NCBI GenBank assembly: GCA_964441575.1
Contig: CAYTXW010000002.1
Coordinates: 1-34,890 of the forward strand
Reading direction: 5' to 3'
DNA from: an uncultured Oscillospiraceae bacterium
GTDB lineage: Bacteria > Bacillota > Clostridia > Oscillospirales > Oscillospiraceae
Length of the DNA stretch: 34,890 nt
Position 1 is the stretch's first letter. The number at the start of each line of letters is the position of its first letter. The notes beneath the pieces were generated by a model. It was not told the DNA's origin, made no database searches, and saw only the letters and a list, made by a program, of their open reading frames with translations. Below are positions 18,034 to 26,280 of the stretch, in pieces. The translations under genes and the position numbers were made by a program.

Positions 18034-18537
18034 TTACTTGGGGAAAATCTGATTTATCTGACGCAGCGTTAGCTGAGCGGCCAGACCAGTGAACGCACCG
18101 GTTACAATGGCCGACAAAATTAGCGCTGGGGCATACCAAAAAATGGCCATGCTGTTCATGACCACGCTGGCCACCAGCAGCTGACCCAAATTGTGGGCGG
18201 CGGCGGACAATACGCTCAGCACCCAGAGCTGCCTCGCCGGGATGCGGCGATGGAGTGCCAGCAGAACCAAAAAAGACAGCAACCCGCCGCTGAGAGAATA
18301 ACCCATGGCGGAGATCTGCCCGGTGACAAAGCTGCCCAGCACCACGCGGACCAACAGCACAGCCAACGCGGCCTTGGCATCCAGCGCATACAGAGCAAAC
18401 AGGGTAAAAATATTAGCAAGCCCCAGCTTGATACCGGGAACCGGCGTCAGTGGCGGAAGCTGCGCCTCCAGGACAAAGACGCACAGGGCAGCGGCAGTCA
18501 GCGCAGCCAAAAGGGTCAGTCGTTTTGTTTTACTCAT
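18034..18537 (-). CDS. Gx transporter family membrane protein (heptaprenyl-diphosphate-synthase-component-I-like fold)
   Basis: Trimmed to MSKTKRLTLLAALTAAALCV... (ATG 18537). About 5 TM helices. FVLEAQLPPL..PGIKLGLANIFTL signature. 4-nt overlap with the upstream gene. Confidence 0.7.
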   Translation of the reverse strand: MSKTKRLTLLAALTAAALCVFVLEAQLPPLTPVPGIKLGLANIFTLFALYALDAKAALAVLLVRVVLGSFVTGQISAMGYSLSGGLLSFLVLLALHRRIPARQLWVLSVLSAAAHNLGQLLVASVVMNSMAIFWYAPALILSAIVTGAFTGLAAQLTLRQINQIFPK

Positions 18538-18884
18538 GGCGTGTCCCACCGAATTACAAGACGGTGCGGAAGACAGGTGATCGGGGTGCCATTTTGCGTC
18601 AAAGGCCCATGGTGAACGCAGATCTGGTTGCCGCAGTCCGCCTCCCGAACCCATACAGTCTCCGGTGTGACTTCCAAAATGTTATAGCCCTCCGGGCCTT
18701 CTACTGTCAGCTGATACGGCTCATGGACCTTGGAGAGATCGATGGTATAGATGACCGCGCCGTCCTGCGAGACCGTCACCACCGGCCCCTTGGGCGTCAG
18801 CCGCTGCCAAAGCAGCAGCCCCGCGCAGAGCAACGCCACGGCGCCGAAAATCAGCAGCCAACGTTTGGTTGTCAGGAAGACCAC
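18534..18884 (-). CDS. NusG domain II-containing (DUF1312-like) membrane-anchored protein
   Basis: 116 aa. N-terminal TM helix, then a beta-rich domain with CGNQICV...G..I.CLPH pattern. GTG start with a poor RBS, so the start is uncertain. Confidence 0.65.
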   Translation of the reverse strand: MVFLTTKRWLLIFGAVALLCAGLLLWQRLTPKGPVVTVSQDGAVIYTIDLSKVHEPYQLTVEGPEGYNILEVTPETVWVREADCGNQICVHHGPLTQNGTPITCLPHRLVIRWDTP

Positions 18885-18975
18885 CCCGGATCAATGGATA
18901 AATTCAAAATTGACAATGCAGATCAAGCGGCCGAATTACCCGGGAAACGGCCGATTATGCGCAAAACGATTTCCG

Positions 18976-19965
18976 CTACCGCGTCACAATCTGATATGCG
19001 CTGTCACAGGTAAGCTTGTCTTGCAGCCCCTCTGTCACAAAGATATGCCCATCATCCGCAATCAGAACCGCTTCAAAATCATAGACAGCGTCCCGCCAAA
19101 ATTGGCAGGCGTCCTCCAGACCCATGACAAACAGAGCGGTGGAGAGACCGTCGGCCAGAGTGTCATCCTTCGAAACAATGGTGACGGAAGAAAGACCGCT
19201 TTCCGCACTATAGCCGGTGCGGGGGTCCAGAATGTGATGCCAGCGATGTCCATTCTCTTCAAAGTACCGGTTGTAGCCGCCGGAAGTCACCACTGCGCAG
19301 TCTGTCACAGAGAGGGTAGCCAAATAATCGGCGGGAGAGGCTGGATCTGCAACGCCGATGTTCCAGACGCTGCCGTCTGGCTTTGCGCCGATTACGCGCA
19401 CATTGCCGCCCAGGGAGAGGCAGGCAGAGGTGACACCCGCGTCCCGCAGGACCTGTGCGGCGCATCCTGCCGCATAGCCCTTGCCAATGCCGCCTAGGTC
19501 GATGCCCATGCCCTCCAGCGCAAAGACGACAACGTCACCGTCCAGCGTGACGGCGCGATAATCCACCAGGGACATGGCCGCGTCCAGCGCCTCCTGCGGC
19601 GGCACGGCGGGCGCGTCCCCATACCAGCCCCACAGAGCAGCCACCGGCTGGATGGTGCAGTCATAGGCACCGCCGGTGGCGCGGGAAATATCCAGAGCTT
19701 GCTGAAGCAGTGCGGCAGTTTCCGCTGAGAGCGTGTAACTGCCGGTCTGGTTCAGCTGGGCAATCTCGCTGTCCGCGCCCTCAATGGAAAGCTGCCGATC
19801 CAGCCGCAGAATTTCTGCCTTTGCCTGCTCCAGCGCTTCCTGAGGCCCGTAGGCTTGCAGCCAAATCACAGTATCCATGGCGAAAAACTCTGCCTCCTGT
19901 GCCTGAGACCCGGCGCATCCGCCCAGGCAGAACAGTAGTATCAGCAGGATTCCCAGCTTTTTCAC
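18976..19965 (-). CDS. apbE: FAD:protein FMN transferase ApbE (lipoprotein)
   Basis: Lipobox LFCLGGC. ApbE motifs FAMDT, DLGGIGKGYAAG and HHILDPRTG. I chose GTG 19965 (GAAAGG 9 nt upstream); the track start is TTG 19983. Confidence 0.85.
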   Translation of the reverse strand: MKKLGILLILLFCLGGCAGSQAQEAEFFAMDTVIWLQAYGPQEALEQAKAEILRLDRQLSIEGADSEIAQLNQTGSYTLSAETAALLQQALDISRATGGAYDCTIQPVAALWGWYGDAPAVPPQEALDAAMSLVDYRAVTLDGDVVVFALEGMGIDLGGIGKGYAAGCAAQVLRDAGVTSACLSLGGNVRVIGAKPDGSVWNIGVADPASPADYLATLSVTDCAVVTSGGYNRYFEENGHRWHHILDPRTGYSAESGLSSVTIVSKDDTLADGLSTALFVMGLEDACQFWRDAVYDFEAVLIADDGHIFVTEGLQDKLTCDSAYQIVTR

Positions 19966-20016
19966 ATGACCCGGCCTTTCCAATCGGATTTTTAAAAAAT
20001 TTGAAAAACTACTTTT

Positions 20017-20044
20017 AATATACCGTTTTTTTCGAAAATGTCAA
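20017..20044 (-). promoter_or_regulatory. Putative promoter of the apbE...rnfCDGEAB unit (TTGACA-16-TATATT)
   Basis: Minus strand: TTGACA (20044-20039), 16-nt spacer, TATATT (20022-20017), within an AT-rich spacer. Confidence 0.55.
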
Positions 20045-20096
20045 TTAAAATATTTCACTATCGATACATTATGACGGATAAAGGAACGACTCGCCG

Positions 20097-21686
20097 TCAG
20101 CAGCTCTGAATGACCGCCTCAGCGCAGAGCATTCCATCCACAGCGGCAGACATGATTCCACCGGCATAGCCCGCGCCCTCGCCACAGGGGTATAGACCTT
20201 GTACGGACGATTGCTTCGTCTCATCCCGCAGAATGCGGACCGGGGAGGAGCTCCTGGTTTCCGGCGCGGTCATGACCGCATCCGGGTCCGCAAAGCCGTG
20301 CAGCCGCTTGTCCAGTTCCGGCAGGGCCTGCTCCAGAACCGCCGTCAGCTTGGCGGGGAGAACCTGATGGAGGTCGCAGAGGGCAACACCCGGGCGGTAG
20401 GTGGGCTGTACGCGGCCCAAAGCCGTGCTGGGCCTCCGTGCGAGGAAATCGCCCACCAGCTGCGCGGGTGCGTGATAGTTTCCGCCGCCCGCCTCAAATG
20501 CCCGCGCTTCGATCTCCTGCTGCCACAGCATTCCACCCAGAACAGATGAGTCGGGGAAATCCTCCGGCAGCAGTGTGACAAGCAGGGCCGCGTTGGCGTT
20601 TTTTCCGTCCCGGGCCGCGTTGCTCATGCCGTTGGTGACAACGCGGCCCTCCTCGGAGGCTGCGGCCACCACATGGCCACCGGGACACATACAGAAGGTG
20701 TAGGCGGACCCGGCGGGGACCCGCACATTCAGCTTGTAGTCCGCCGGCGGCAATGCAGGATGTCCCGCAAAGGGGCCGTACTGGGCTTGATCCACCAGCG
20801 CCTGCGGATGCTCGATTCGCACGCCCATGGAGAAGGGTTTCGGTTCCATGGGTATGCCCTGGTCCAGCAGCTGCCGGAAGGTATCTCTGGCACTGTGGCC
20901 GATGGCAAGGACGGCCTGACGGCAGGAGAGCAGCGTCTCGTGTCCATTTTGAATATAGCGTACCCCAGTCAGAGCCCCGCTGTCCAAGACCAGTTGCGTC
21001 AGCTTTGCCCCGAAGCGTACCTCGCCGCCCAAGTCCAAAATGCGTTCCCGGATGTGCTGGACCACCCGGATCAGCACATCCGTGCCGATGTGTGGCTTCG
21101 CGTCAAACAGAATTTCGCCGCCCGCCCCGGCATCGGCAAACTGCTCCAGAACCCAGCGGCAGCGCTCATTTTTGGTGCCGGTGTTCAGCTTGCCGTCGGA
21201 GAAGGTTCCCGCGCCGCCCTCGCCAAACTGGACGTTGCACTGGGGGTCCAGCTTTCCGGTTTGCCAGAACTCCGCAACTTTAGCCTGTCGAGCGGCGGCG
21301 TCCAGACCCCGCTCCAGCACGATGGGCCGCATCCCCGCCAGGGCCAGCACCAGCGCCGTGAACATGCCCGCAGGCCCAAAGCCCACCACCACAGGCCGCT
21401 GCTCCGGCTTCGCCGCCGGAAGCGGAACCTGATAGACATAGTCCTCCGCCAAAGAAACCTTTGGGTCCCGCAGCCGCCTGAGAAGCGCTTCCTCTTTTCC
21501 TTTTATTTCCACATCCACTGTGTAGATGATCCGAATATCCTGCTTTTTCCGTGCGTCAATGGATTTCTTGCGGATGTGCAGCTGCAGAATCTCATGTTCC
21601 CGCAAGCGCAGATGTTTAGCCGCCAGCTGCACCAGGCGGTTTAAGGAGTCCCCCGGCGCGAGGGACAGATCACGAATACGAAGCAT
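20097..21686 (-). CDS. FAD-dependent oxidoreductase (COG2509-type)
   Basis: Trimmed to MLRIRDLSLAPGDS... (ATG 21686, AAGGAG RBS). Ferredoxin-like N-terminal domain, then Rossmann motif VVVGFGPAGMFTAL. Confidence 0.8.
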   Translation of the reverse strand: MLRIRDLSLAPGDSLNRLVQLAAKHLRLREHEILQLHIRKKSIDARKKQDIRIIYTVDVEIKGKEEALLRRLRDPKVSLAEDYVYQVPLPAAKPEQRPVVVGFGPAGMFTALVLALAGMRPIVLERGLDAAARQAKVAEFWQTGKLDPQCNVQFGEGGAGTFSDGKLNTGTKNERCRWVLEQFADAGAGGEILFDAKPHIGTDVLIRVVQHIRERILDLGGEVRFGAKLTQLVLDSGALTGVRYIQNGHETLLSCRQAVLAIGHSARDTFRQLLDQGIPMEPKPFSMGVRIEHPQALVDQAQYGPFAGHPALPPADYKLNVRVPAGSAYTFCMCPGGHVVAAASEEGRVVTNGMSNAARDGKNANAALLVTLLPEDFPDSSVLGGMLWQQEIEARAFEAGGGNYHAPAQLVGDFLARRPSTALGRVQPTYRPGVALCDLHQVLPAKLTAVLEQALPELDKRLHGFADPDAVMTAPETRSSSPVRILRDETKQSSVQGLYPCGEGAGYAGGIMSAAVDGMLCAEAVIQSC

Positions 21687-21756
21687 AGTCAAACTCCTTA
21701 TAAACGGAACATTCAACATGATGGTGTCCGCATGCGCAGACAGATAAAAAACCGGC

Positions 21757-22962
21757 TCATAGCTTCCCGAGCATTCCGGCGGTCCGGCCTGAGCTCCAGG
21801 CCCATTGTAGGTTGTAGCCGCCGCAGTCGCCGTCGATATCCAAAACCTCCCCGGTCGCGAACAGACCGGGGCAGAGACGGCTTTCCAAAGTGTCCGGCCG
21901 GAATTCGCTCGTCAGTATACCGCCAGCAGTCACCTGGGCCTGGTCAAATCCCAGTACACCGGTGACGGAAAGGGGGAAGTGCTTGAGGTGCCGGCTCAGG
22001 CTTGCCAGCTCCCGGTCTGAGAGGGTCCCGGCCTGTCTGGCCAGATCCAAACCGGCGGTGGTTACTCCCACCCGCCCCAGTCGGTTGTGGAGCATACCGG
22101 TCAAAAAGTCCTCCAAGGGCTGCGCGGGAGCGGCTTGCCGCTTCTGTGCCAGCAGAGCTTGCACTTCCGCCTCCGTCCAGGGCCGCAGCAAATCCAGCAG
22201 CAGCATCAGGTCGCCGCCCCGTGCCGCCTCCCGGGAGATTTCAAATACCGCAGGACCGCTGACGCCGAAATCGGTAAACTGGATTTCTCCGGCTGCCTGT
22301 GCCGCCGTGCGGCCATCCCGCTTGAGGGTCAGTCCCGCATCGGTGCGGATGCCTTTCAAGGCACGGGTGGATGCGCCGGTTTTCAACTGCACCAGGGAGG
22401 GTCGGAGGTCCGTCATATGGTGGCCCATGGATGTTAAAAGCCGGTATCCCAGCTCTGTGCCGCCCAGCTTGCCGCCCGCAGCGCCGCCGCAAGCGATTAT
22501 GACCTTATCCCCGTAAAAGGATTCATCCGCCGTCTTCACGCTGTAGCCTCTGGCCTTTTGGCCCAGGGACAGCACCTCACATCCGCACCGGACCGTCACG
22601 TTTCGCCGCTCCAGTGCAAACCGCAGCACGTCTACCACGCTGTTGGCCTGGTCGGAGAAGGGATAAACCCGGCCGGAGTCCTCCGAAACCGTTAAAAGCC
22701 CCAGAGAGTGAAAGAATTCCAAGGTGTCCGCCACAGAGAATCGAGCCAGCGCCTGCCGCGCAAAGGCGGGATTTTGACCGTGATAGCGGTCCGGCCCTGC
22801 ATTTAGGTTTGTCAGGTTGCACCGCCCGTTGCCTGTGGCCAGCAGCTTCCGCCCTACGCGGCTCTGCCGCTCCAGCAGCGTAACCTGATTGCCGGAATCC
22901 TCCGCCGCCGTCAGCGCAGCCATCATCCCGCTGGCACCGCCGCCAATGACCAAAACCTTCAT
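21757..22962 (-). CDS. HI0933/BaiN-like NAD(P)/FAD-dependent oxidoreductase (aminoacetone-oxidase family)
   Basis: MKVLVIGGGASGMMAALTAAE dinucleotide motif. Family-typical GRCNLTN and C-terminal GEVLDIDGDCGGYNLQWAWSSG. The track start at 22968 is a TTG two codons upstream. Confidence 0.85.
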   Translation of the reverse strand: MKVLVIGGGASGMMAALTAAEDSGNQVTLLERQSRVGRKLLATGNGRCNLTNLNAGPDRYHGQNPAFARQALARFSVADTLEFFHSLGLLTVSEDSGRVYPFSDQANSVVDVLRFALERRNVTVRCGCEVLSLGQKARGYSVKTADESFYGDKVIIACGGAAGGKLGGTELGYRLLTSMGHHMTDLRPSLVQLKTGASTRALKGIRTDAGLTLKRDGRTAAQAAGEIQFTDFGVSGPAVFEISREAARGGDLMLLLDLLRPWTEAEVQALLAQKRQAAPAQPLEDFLTGMLHNRLGRVGVTTAGLDLARQAGTLSDRELASLSRHLKHFPLSVTGVLGFDQAQVTAGGILTSEFRPDTLESRLCPGLFATGEVLDIDGDCGGYNLQWAWSSGRTAGMLGKL

Positions 22963-23028
22963 ATGCAAGCCTGCCTTTCCTCATTTGCTCTAGTATAATA
23001 CAAAATTCCGATTGTCACAAGTTTCTGA

Positions 23029-23057
23029 TTGACATTTGAGAATGGAAAATAGATAAT
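23029..23057 (+). promoter_or_regulatory. Putative promoter of ylmH (TTGACA-17-GATAAT)
   Basis: TTGACA at 23029-23034, 17-nt spacer, GATAAT at 23052-23057. AAGGAGG RBS before the ATG at 23088. Confidence 0.5.
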
Positions 23058-23087
23058 GGAAAAGACTCGAATCCCAAGGAGGCCCCC

Positions 23088-23873
23088 ATGGACAAGCAGA
23101 CCCAGATTTCGAAAGTGGCGGAGAATGAGGAAGACCGGCTCTTGTTCGCCAAGCTCTATGACCGGCTGACCGGAGCGGAGCGCAAGAACATCCCCGGCGT
23201 TACCGGATTTCTATCCCCCAGGGAGCAGTTCTTGACGCGCCGCCTGCTGCCGGACCTGACCCTGTATTTTTATGGCGGCGGTCCGGAGGCAGAGCGGGCC
23301 GTGTGCTGCTGGCTGCCGGACTATCTGGAGCCGGACTGGCTGACGGGAGAGGACGGCCCCATTGCTGCCGCACGGGCCACTTATTTTGAAAAGGACGTGC
23401 TGACCCACCGGGACTTTTTGGGAGCGCTGATGGCCTGTGGAATCAAGCGGGAGACCGTCGGAGATATCTATGTGGGAACCGGAATCTGCGATTTCTTGGT
23501 GACAAGGGAGATTCTTTCCTTTGTGCTGCAAAATTTTTGCAGCGCAGGCCACACCAAGCTCCATGTGGAGCAGATTCCGCTGGAGGTGCTGCAAATCCCA
23601 CAGAAAACCGTGAAGATAATCCGCGATACTGTCTCCTCGCTCCGTCTTGACAGCGTTGTCGGCTCCGGCTTCGGCATGGCCCGCGGCAAGGCTTCGGCGC
23701 TGATCGAGACCGGCAGGGTTTCCCTCAACGATCTGCCCTGCGTGAAGCCGGATAAGCTGCTGGCAGAGGGGGACAAGGTGTCTGCCCGTGGCTTTGGGAA
23801 GCTGATTTTGTCTCAGGTCGGCGGACGCACCAAGAAGGACCGAATTTCGATTACGATTCAACGATATCTGTAG
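23088..23873 (+). CDS. ylmH: YlmH-family RNA-binding protein (S4 domain)
   Basis: 261 aa. YlmH-like N-terminal region (FLSPREQ) and C-terminal S4 domain (RLDSVVGSGFGMARGKASALIETGRVSLN). Confidence 0.8.
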   Translation: MDKQTQISKVAENEEDRLLFAKLYDRLTGAERKNIPGVTGFLSPREQFLTRRLLPDLTLYFYGGGPEAERAVCCWLPDYLEPDWLTGEDGPIAAARATYFEKDVLTHRDFLGALMACGIKRETVGDIYVGTGICDFLVTREILSFVLQNFCSAGHTKLHVEQIPLEVLQIPQKTVKIIRDTVSSLRLDSVVGSGFGMARGKASALIETGRVSLNDLPCVKPDKLLAEGDKVSARGFGKLILSQVGGRTKKDRISITIQRYL

Positions 23874-23882
23874 GTGATCAGC

Positions 23883-24080
23883 ATGGAACAAGCGAAAATT
23901 GACCGCATCAATGCCCTGGCCCGGAAGTCCAAATCCAAGGGACTGACGGAAGAAGAAAAAGCCGAGCAGGACGCGCTGCGGCGGGAATACATCGCCACTG
24001 TAAAAGCAAGCCTGACTGCGCAGCTGGACAATACCTATGTGGTGGATGCAAAGGGGAACAAGCGAAAGCTGAGGCGCTAA
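23883..24080 (+). CDS. DUF896 (YnzC/UPF0291) family small protein
   Basis: MEQAKIDRINALARKSKSKGLTEEEKAEQDALRREYI... is the typical DUF896 helical hairpin. The track start at 23874 is a GTG three codons upstream. Confidence 0.8.
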   Translation: MEQAKIDRINALARKSKSKGLTEEEKAEQDALRREYIATVKASLTAQLDNTYVVDAKGNKRKLRR

Positions 24081-24305
24081 ATGCCTTGTTTTTCCCTTAG
24101 ACCGGGGGATGCCGGGGTGTTCTGATATGACGGATGCGGTATGTGTCAAGCTACCATTGGCAAGAGTTATTTTGACTTGTCTGCATATTTGACTGGAATT
24201 TAGTTTCCTTGGATAAGCTTTGCAAATCGCTTTCAATATACGCCACATCAGATCCGGATGGGTTATAATTGCTTCATGATGATTCATGAACAGAAAGAAA
24301 GGCCA

Positions 24306-25184
24306 ATGGAAACAATGAAAATTGCAATTGCGACGGATACCAACAGCAGCATGCTCCAAGAAACAACGCAGCAGCCGGACGTCTTTGTCCTGCCGATGCC
24401 CGTGATTGTGGAAGGCCGAATGTATCTGGAGGGTATCGATATCCACAATGCGCAGCTTTATGAGGCCATGCGGCAGCATAAAGACGTTTCCTCTTCTCAG
24501 CCGTCACCGGGACAGCTTCTGGAATTTTGGGAGGGCATTCTGCGGGCGGGATATGACGAGATCGTTTATATCCCCATGTCCAGCGGGCTGAGCGGCTCGT
24601 GTCATACTGCGGTGCAGCTTTCCGCCGATTATCCGGGGAAAGTGCATGTGGTGGACAACCATCGAATCTCCGTCACGCAGATGGAATCGGTCTACTGCGC
24701 ACGGCGGCTTGCAGAGCAAGGAAAGAATGGAATGGAAATCAAGGCTTTTTTGGAGGCCCATGCCTATGACGCAAGCATTTATATCACGGTGGATTCACTG
24801 GAGTATCTGAAAAGAGGCGGACGAATTACGCCTGCTGCGGCGGCATTTGCCACGATCCTCAATTTGAAGCCGGTCCTGACCATTCAGGGCGATAAGCTGG
24901 ATGCCTTCGCTAAAGTCCGAGGAATGAAGCATGCCGCCGAAAAGATGATCGAGGCGATGAGACAGGATCGAGCCACGCGGTTTGGAGCGGCCCCGGACGA
25001 GCAGCTGCAGATTGAAACAGCGGGGACCTTTGAAAGCGCGGCGCAGGCGGAGGACTGGCGGCAGATGATTCAGGCGGAATTTCCCGGGTTTCCGGTTTCC
25101 TATGTGGAGCTGCCTTGCAGCATTGCCTGCCATGTAGCCATGAACGCCGCCGGTGCGGGGATCATTCAAAAGAGTGTGCTGTGA
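24306..25184 (+). CDS. DegV family fatty-acid-binding protein
   Basis: Trimmed to METMKIAIATDTNSS... DegV pattern (SSQPSPG, IYIPMSSGLSGS, LEYLKRGGRI). Confidence 0.85.
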   Translation: METMKIAIATDTNSSMLQETTQQPDVFVLPMPVIVEGRMYLEGIDIHNAQLYEAMRQHKDVSSSQPSPGQLLEFWEGILRAGYDEIVYIPMSSGLSGSCHTAVQLSADYPGKVHVVDNHRISVTQMESVYCARRLAEQGKNGMEIKAFLEAHAYDASIYITVDSLEYLKRGGRITPAAAAFATILNLKPVLTIQGDKLDAFAKVRGMKHAAEKMIEAMRQDRATRFGAAPDEQLQIETAGTFESAAQAEDWRQMIQAEFPGFPVSYVELPCSIACHVAMNAAGAGIIQKSVL

Positions 25185-25215
25185 CGCAAAATCCGTCGAT
25201 TGGAAGCTTTTTGGC

Positions 25216-25243
25216 TTTACACCGACAGAAAATCTGCTATAAT
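25216..25243 (+). promoter_or_regulatory. Putative promoter (TTTACA-16-TGcTATAAT) for the acyltransferase-like gene
   Basis: TTTACA at 25216-25221, 16-nt spacer, extended -10 TGcTATAAT at 25235-25243. Abuts the degV terminator hairpin. Confidence 0.45.
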
Positions 25244-25290
25244 AACCGTATATGCCGTGCCTGCGTGAGGCACTGCATATACGGTTTTTA
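25244..25290 (+). terminator. Rho-independent terminator after degV
   Basis: AACCGTATATGC...GCATATACGGTT, a 12-bp outer stem with an inner GTGCCT/AGGCAC stem, followed by TTTTAT. Confidence 0.75.
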
Positions 25291-25321
25291 TAAAAAGAGG
25301 GAAACTTTGGAGGAAGAATCA

Positions 25322-26191
25322 ATGGCAAGAAGAGAACGACGCGATGCTTTTCGGATTATGGAAGTGGATCCTTTTCATTCCATTATCCCTTACATGATGC
25401 CCAAGCGCACGGAAGCCGAGGTCTCCATGAACGAATCCTTTGATGTGACGGAGCTTTGCAGCTACATCAAGCGCCGCAATGGAGAGGAGGGACTGCACCT
25501 AAAGCTGTTCCACGCTATCTGCACGGCGGTGGCGCGTACCATTTATTTGCGGCCCAAGCTGAATATTTTCATTGCGGGCCGCAGGTATTGGCAGCGGAAG
25601 GACATCACTCTGTCCTTTGTGGTCAAGCGGGAGTTTAAGGACACAGCGGAGGAATCCCTGATGTTCATGAAGGTCAAGCCGGATATGACCTTGGACACGG
25701 TTTCCAAGCTGATTCTCGGTGATGTGGAACGGGTGCGGAAGGACGGCTCCAACGACCTGGATAAGACCATGGATTTGGTCGGCAAACTGCCCCGTTGCAT
25801 CTTAAATCTATTGTTTGCGGTGATCCGGCGGCTGGAGTATCACGGCGTCATGCCCGCAGCCCTGACGGCAGGGGACCCCAACTATTCCACGGTGCTTCTG
25901 GCCAATCTGGGCAGCATAGGCTGCGGCGCACCCTATCACCATCTGAGCAACTACGGCACCTGTTCCATCATGGTGACGATTGGAACCGCCCACAAGGAGA
26001 CCCGCAAAATGCCCGATGGCAGCGAGGCCGAACGCGATATTCTGGATATGACAGTGACGCTGGATGAACGCATCGCCGACGGCTTCTATTTTGCACGGTC
26101 TTTGAACCTGATCCGCTATATGCTGGAGCGTCCCCACCTTCTGGAGGAGCATATTTCCGAGCCGCTGTCACTGGCGGCGGGAGTTTCATAA
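25322..26191 (+). CDS. 2-oxoacid dehydrogenase E2 / CAT-fold acyltransferase-like protein (stand-alone catalytic domain)
   Basis: Trimmed to MARRERRDAFRIMEVDPFH... (GGAGGAAG RBS). C-terminal TLDERIADGFYFARSL aligns with the DHRxxDG active-site motif, but Glu replaces His. Confidence 0.6.
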   Translation: MARRERRDAFRIMEVDPFHSIIPYMMPKRTEAEVSMNESFDVTELCSYIKRRNGEEGLHLKLFHAICTAVARTIYLRPKLNIFIAGRRYWQRKDITLSFVVKREFKDTAEESLMFMKVKPDMTLDTVSKLILGDVERVRKDGSNDLDKTMDLVGKLPRCILNLLFAVIRRLEYHGVMPAALTAGDPNYSTVLLANLGSIGCGAPYHHLSNYGTCSIMVTIGTAHKETRKMPDGSEAERDILDMTVTLDERIADGFYFARSLNLIRYMLERPHLLEEHISEPLSLAAGVS

Positions 26192-26198
26192 TCAGCGC

Positions 26199-26235
26199 AA
26201 AGCCAACGCATCCAGAAAGGAAATGCGTTGGCTTT
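26199..26235. terminator. Bidirectional terminator between convergent genes
   Basis: Perfect 13-bp stem AAAGCCAACGCAT / ATGCGTTGGCTTT (26199-26211 / 26223-26235), 11-nt loop. A/T runs are built into both arms. Confidence 0.8.
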
Positions 26236-26280
26236 ATTGCTTCAGATAACCACCGCACGGGCGGCGAACAGCCGCAGCTG

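Noticed and set aside
16673-18139. N-terminal extensions in the track for rnfC (to 18139), rnfG (to 15999), the aminotransferase (to 13242), greA (to 28648), the Gx transporter (to 18654), degV (from 24258), the E2-like gene (from 25115), comEA (from 7642) and the nucleotidyltransferase (to 29673).
   Set aside because: The extensions run through upstream genes, terminators or promoters and have no family similarity. In each case an internal ATG or GTG preceded by a Shine-Dalgarno sequence gives the canonical family N-terminus.
20040-20062. Rex-like operator near the apbE-rnf promoter (minus strand GTGAAATATTTTAATTGACA).
   Set aside because: Only one half-site (GTGAA) resembles the TTGTGAA-N4-TTCACAA / TTGTTAA-N4-TTAACAA consensus. 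The second half matches poorly. The region is generally AT-rich, so chance resemblance is likely.
24081-24305. The 225-nt gap upstream of degV as a possible riboswitch, sRNA or small ORF.
   Set aside because: I found only 14-21-codon frames without RBSs, no convincing promoter or terminator, and no extended inverted repeats. Nothing here can be supported from the sequence alone.
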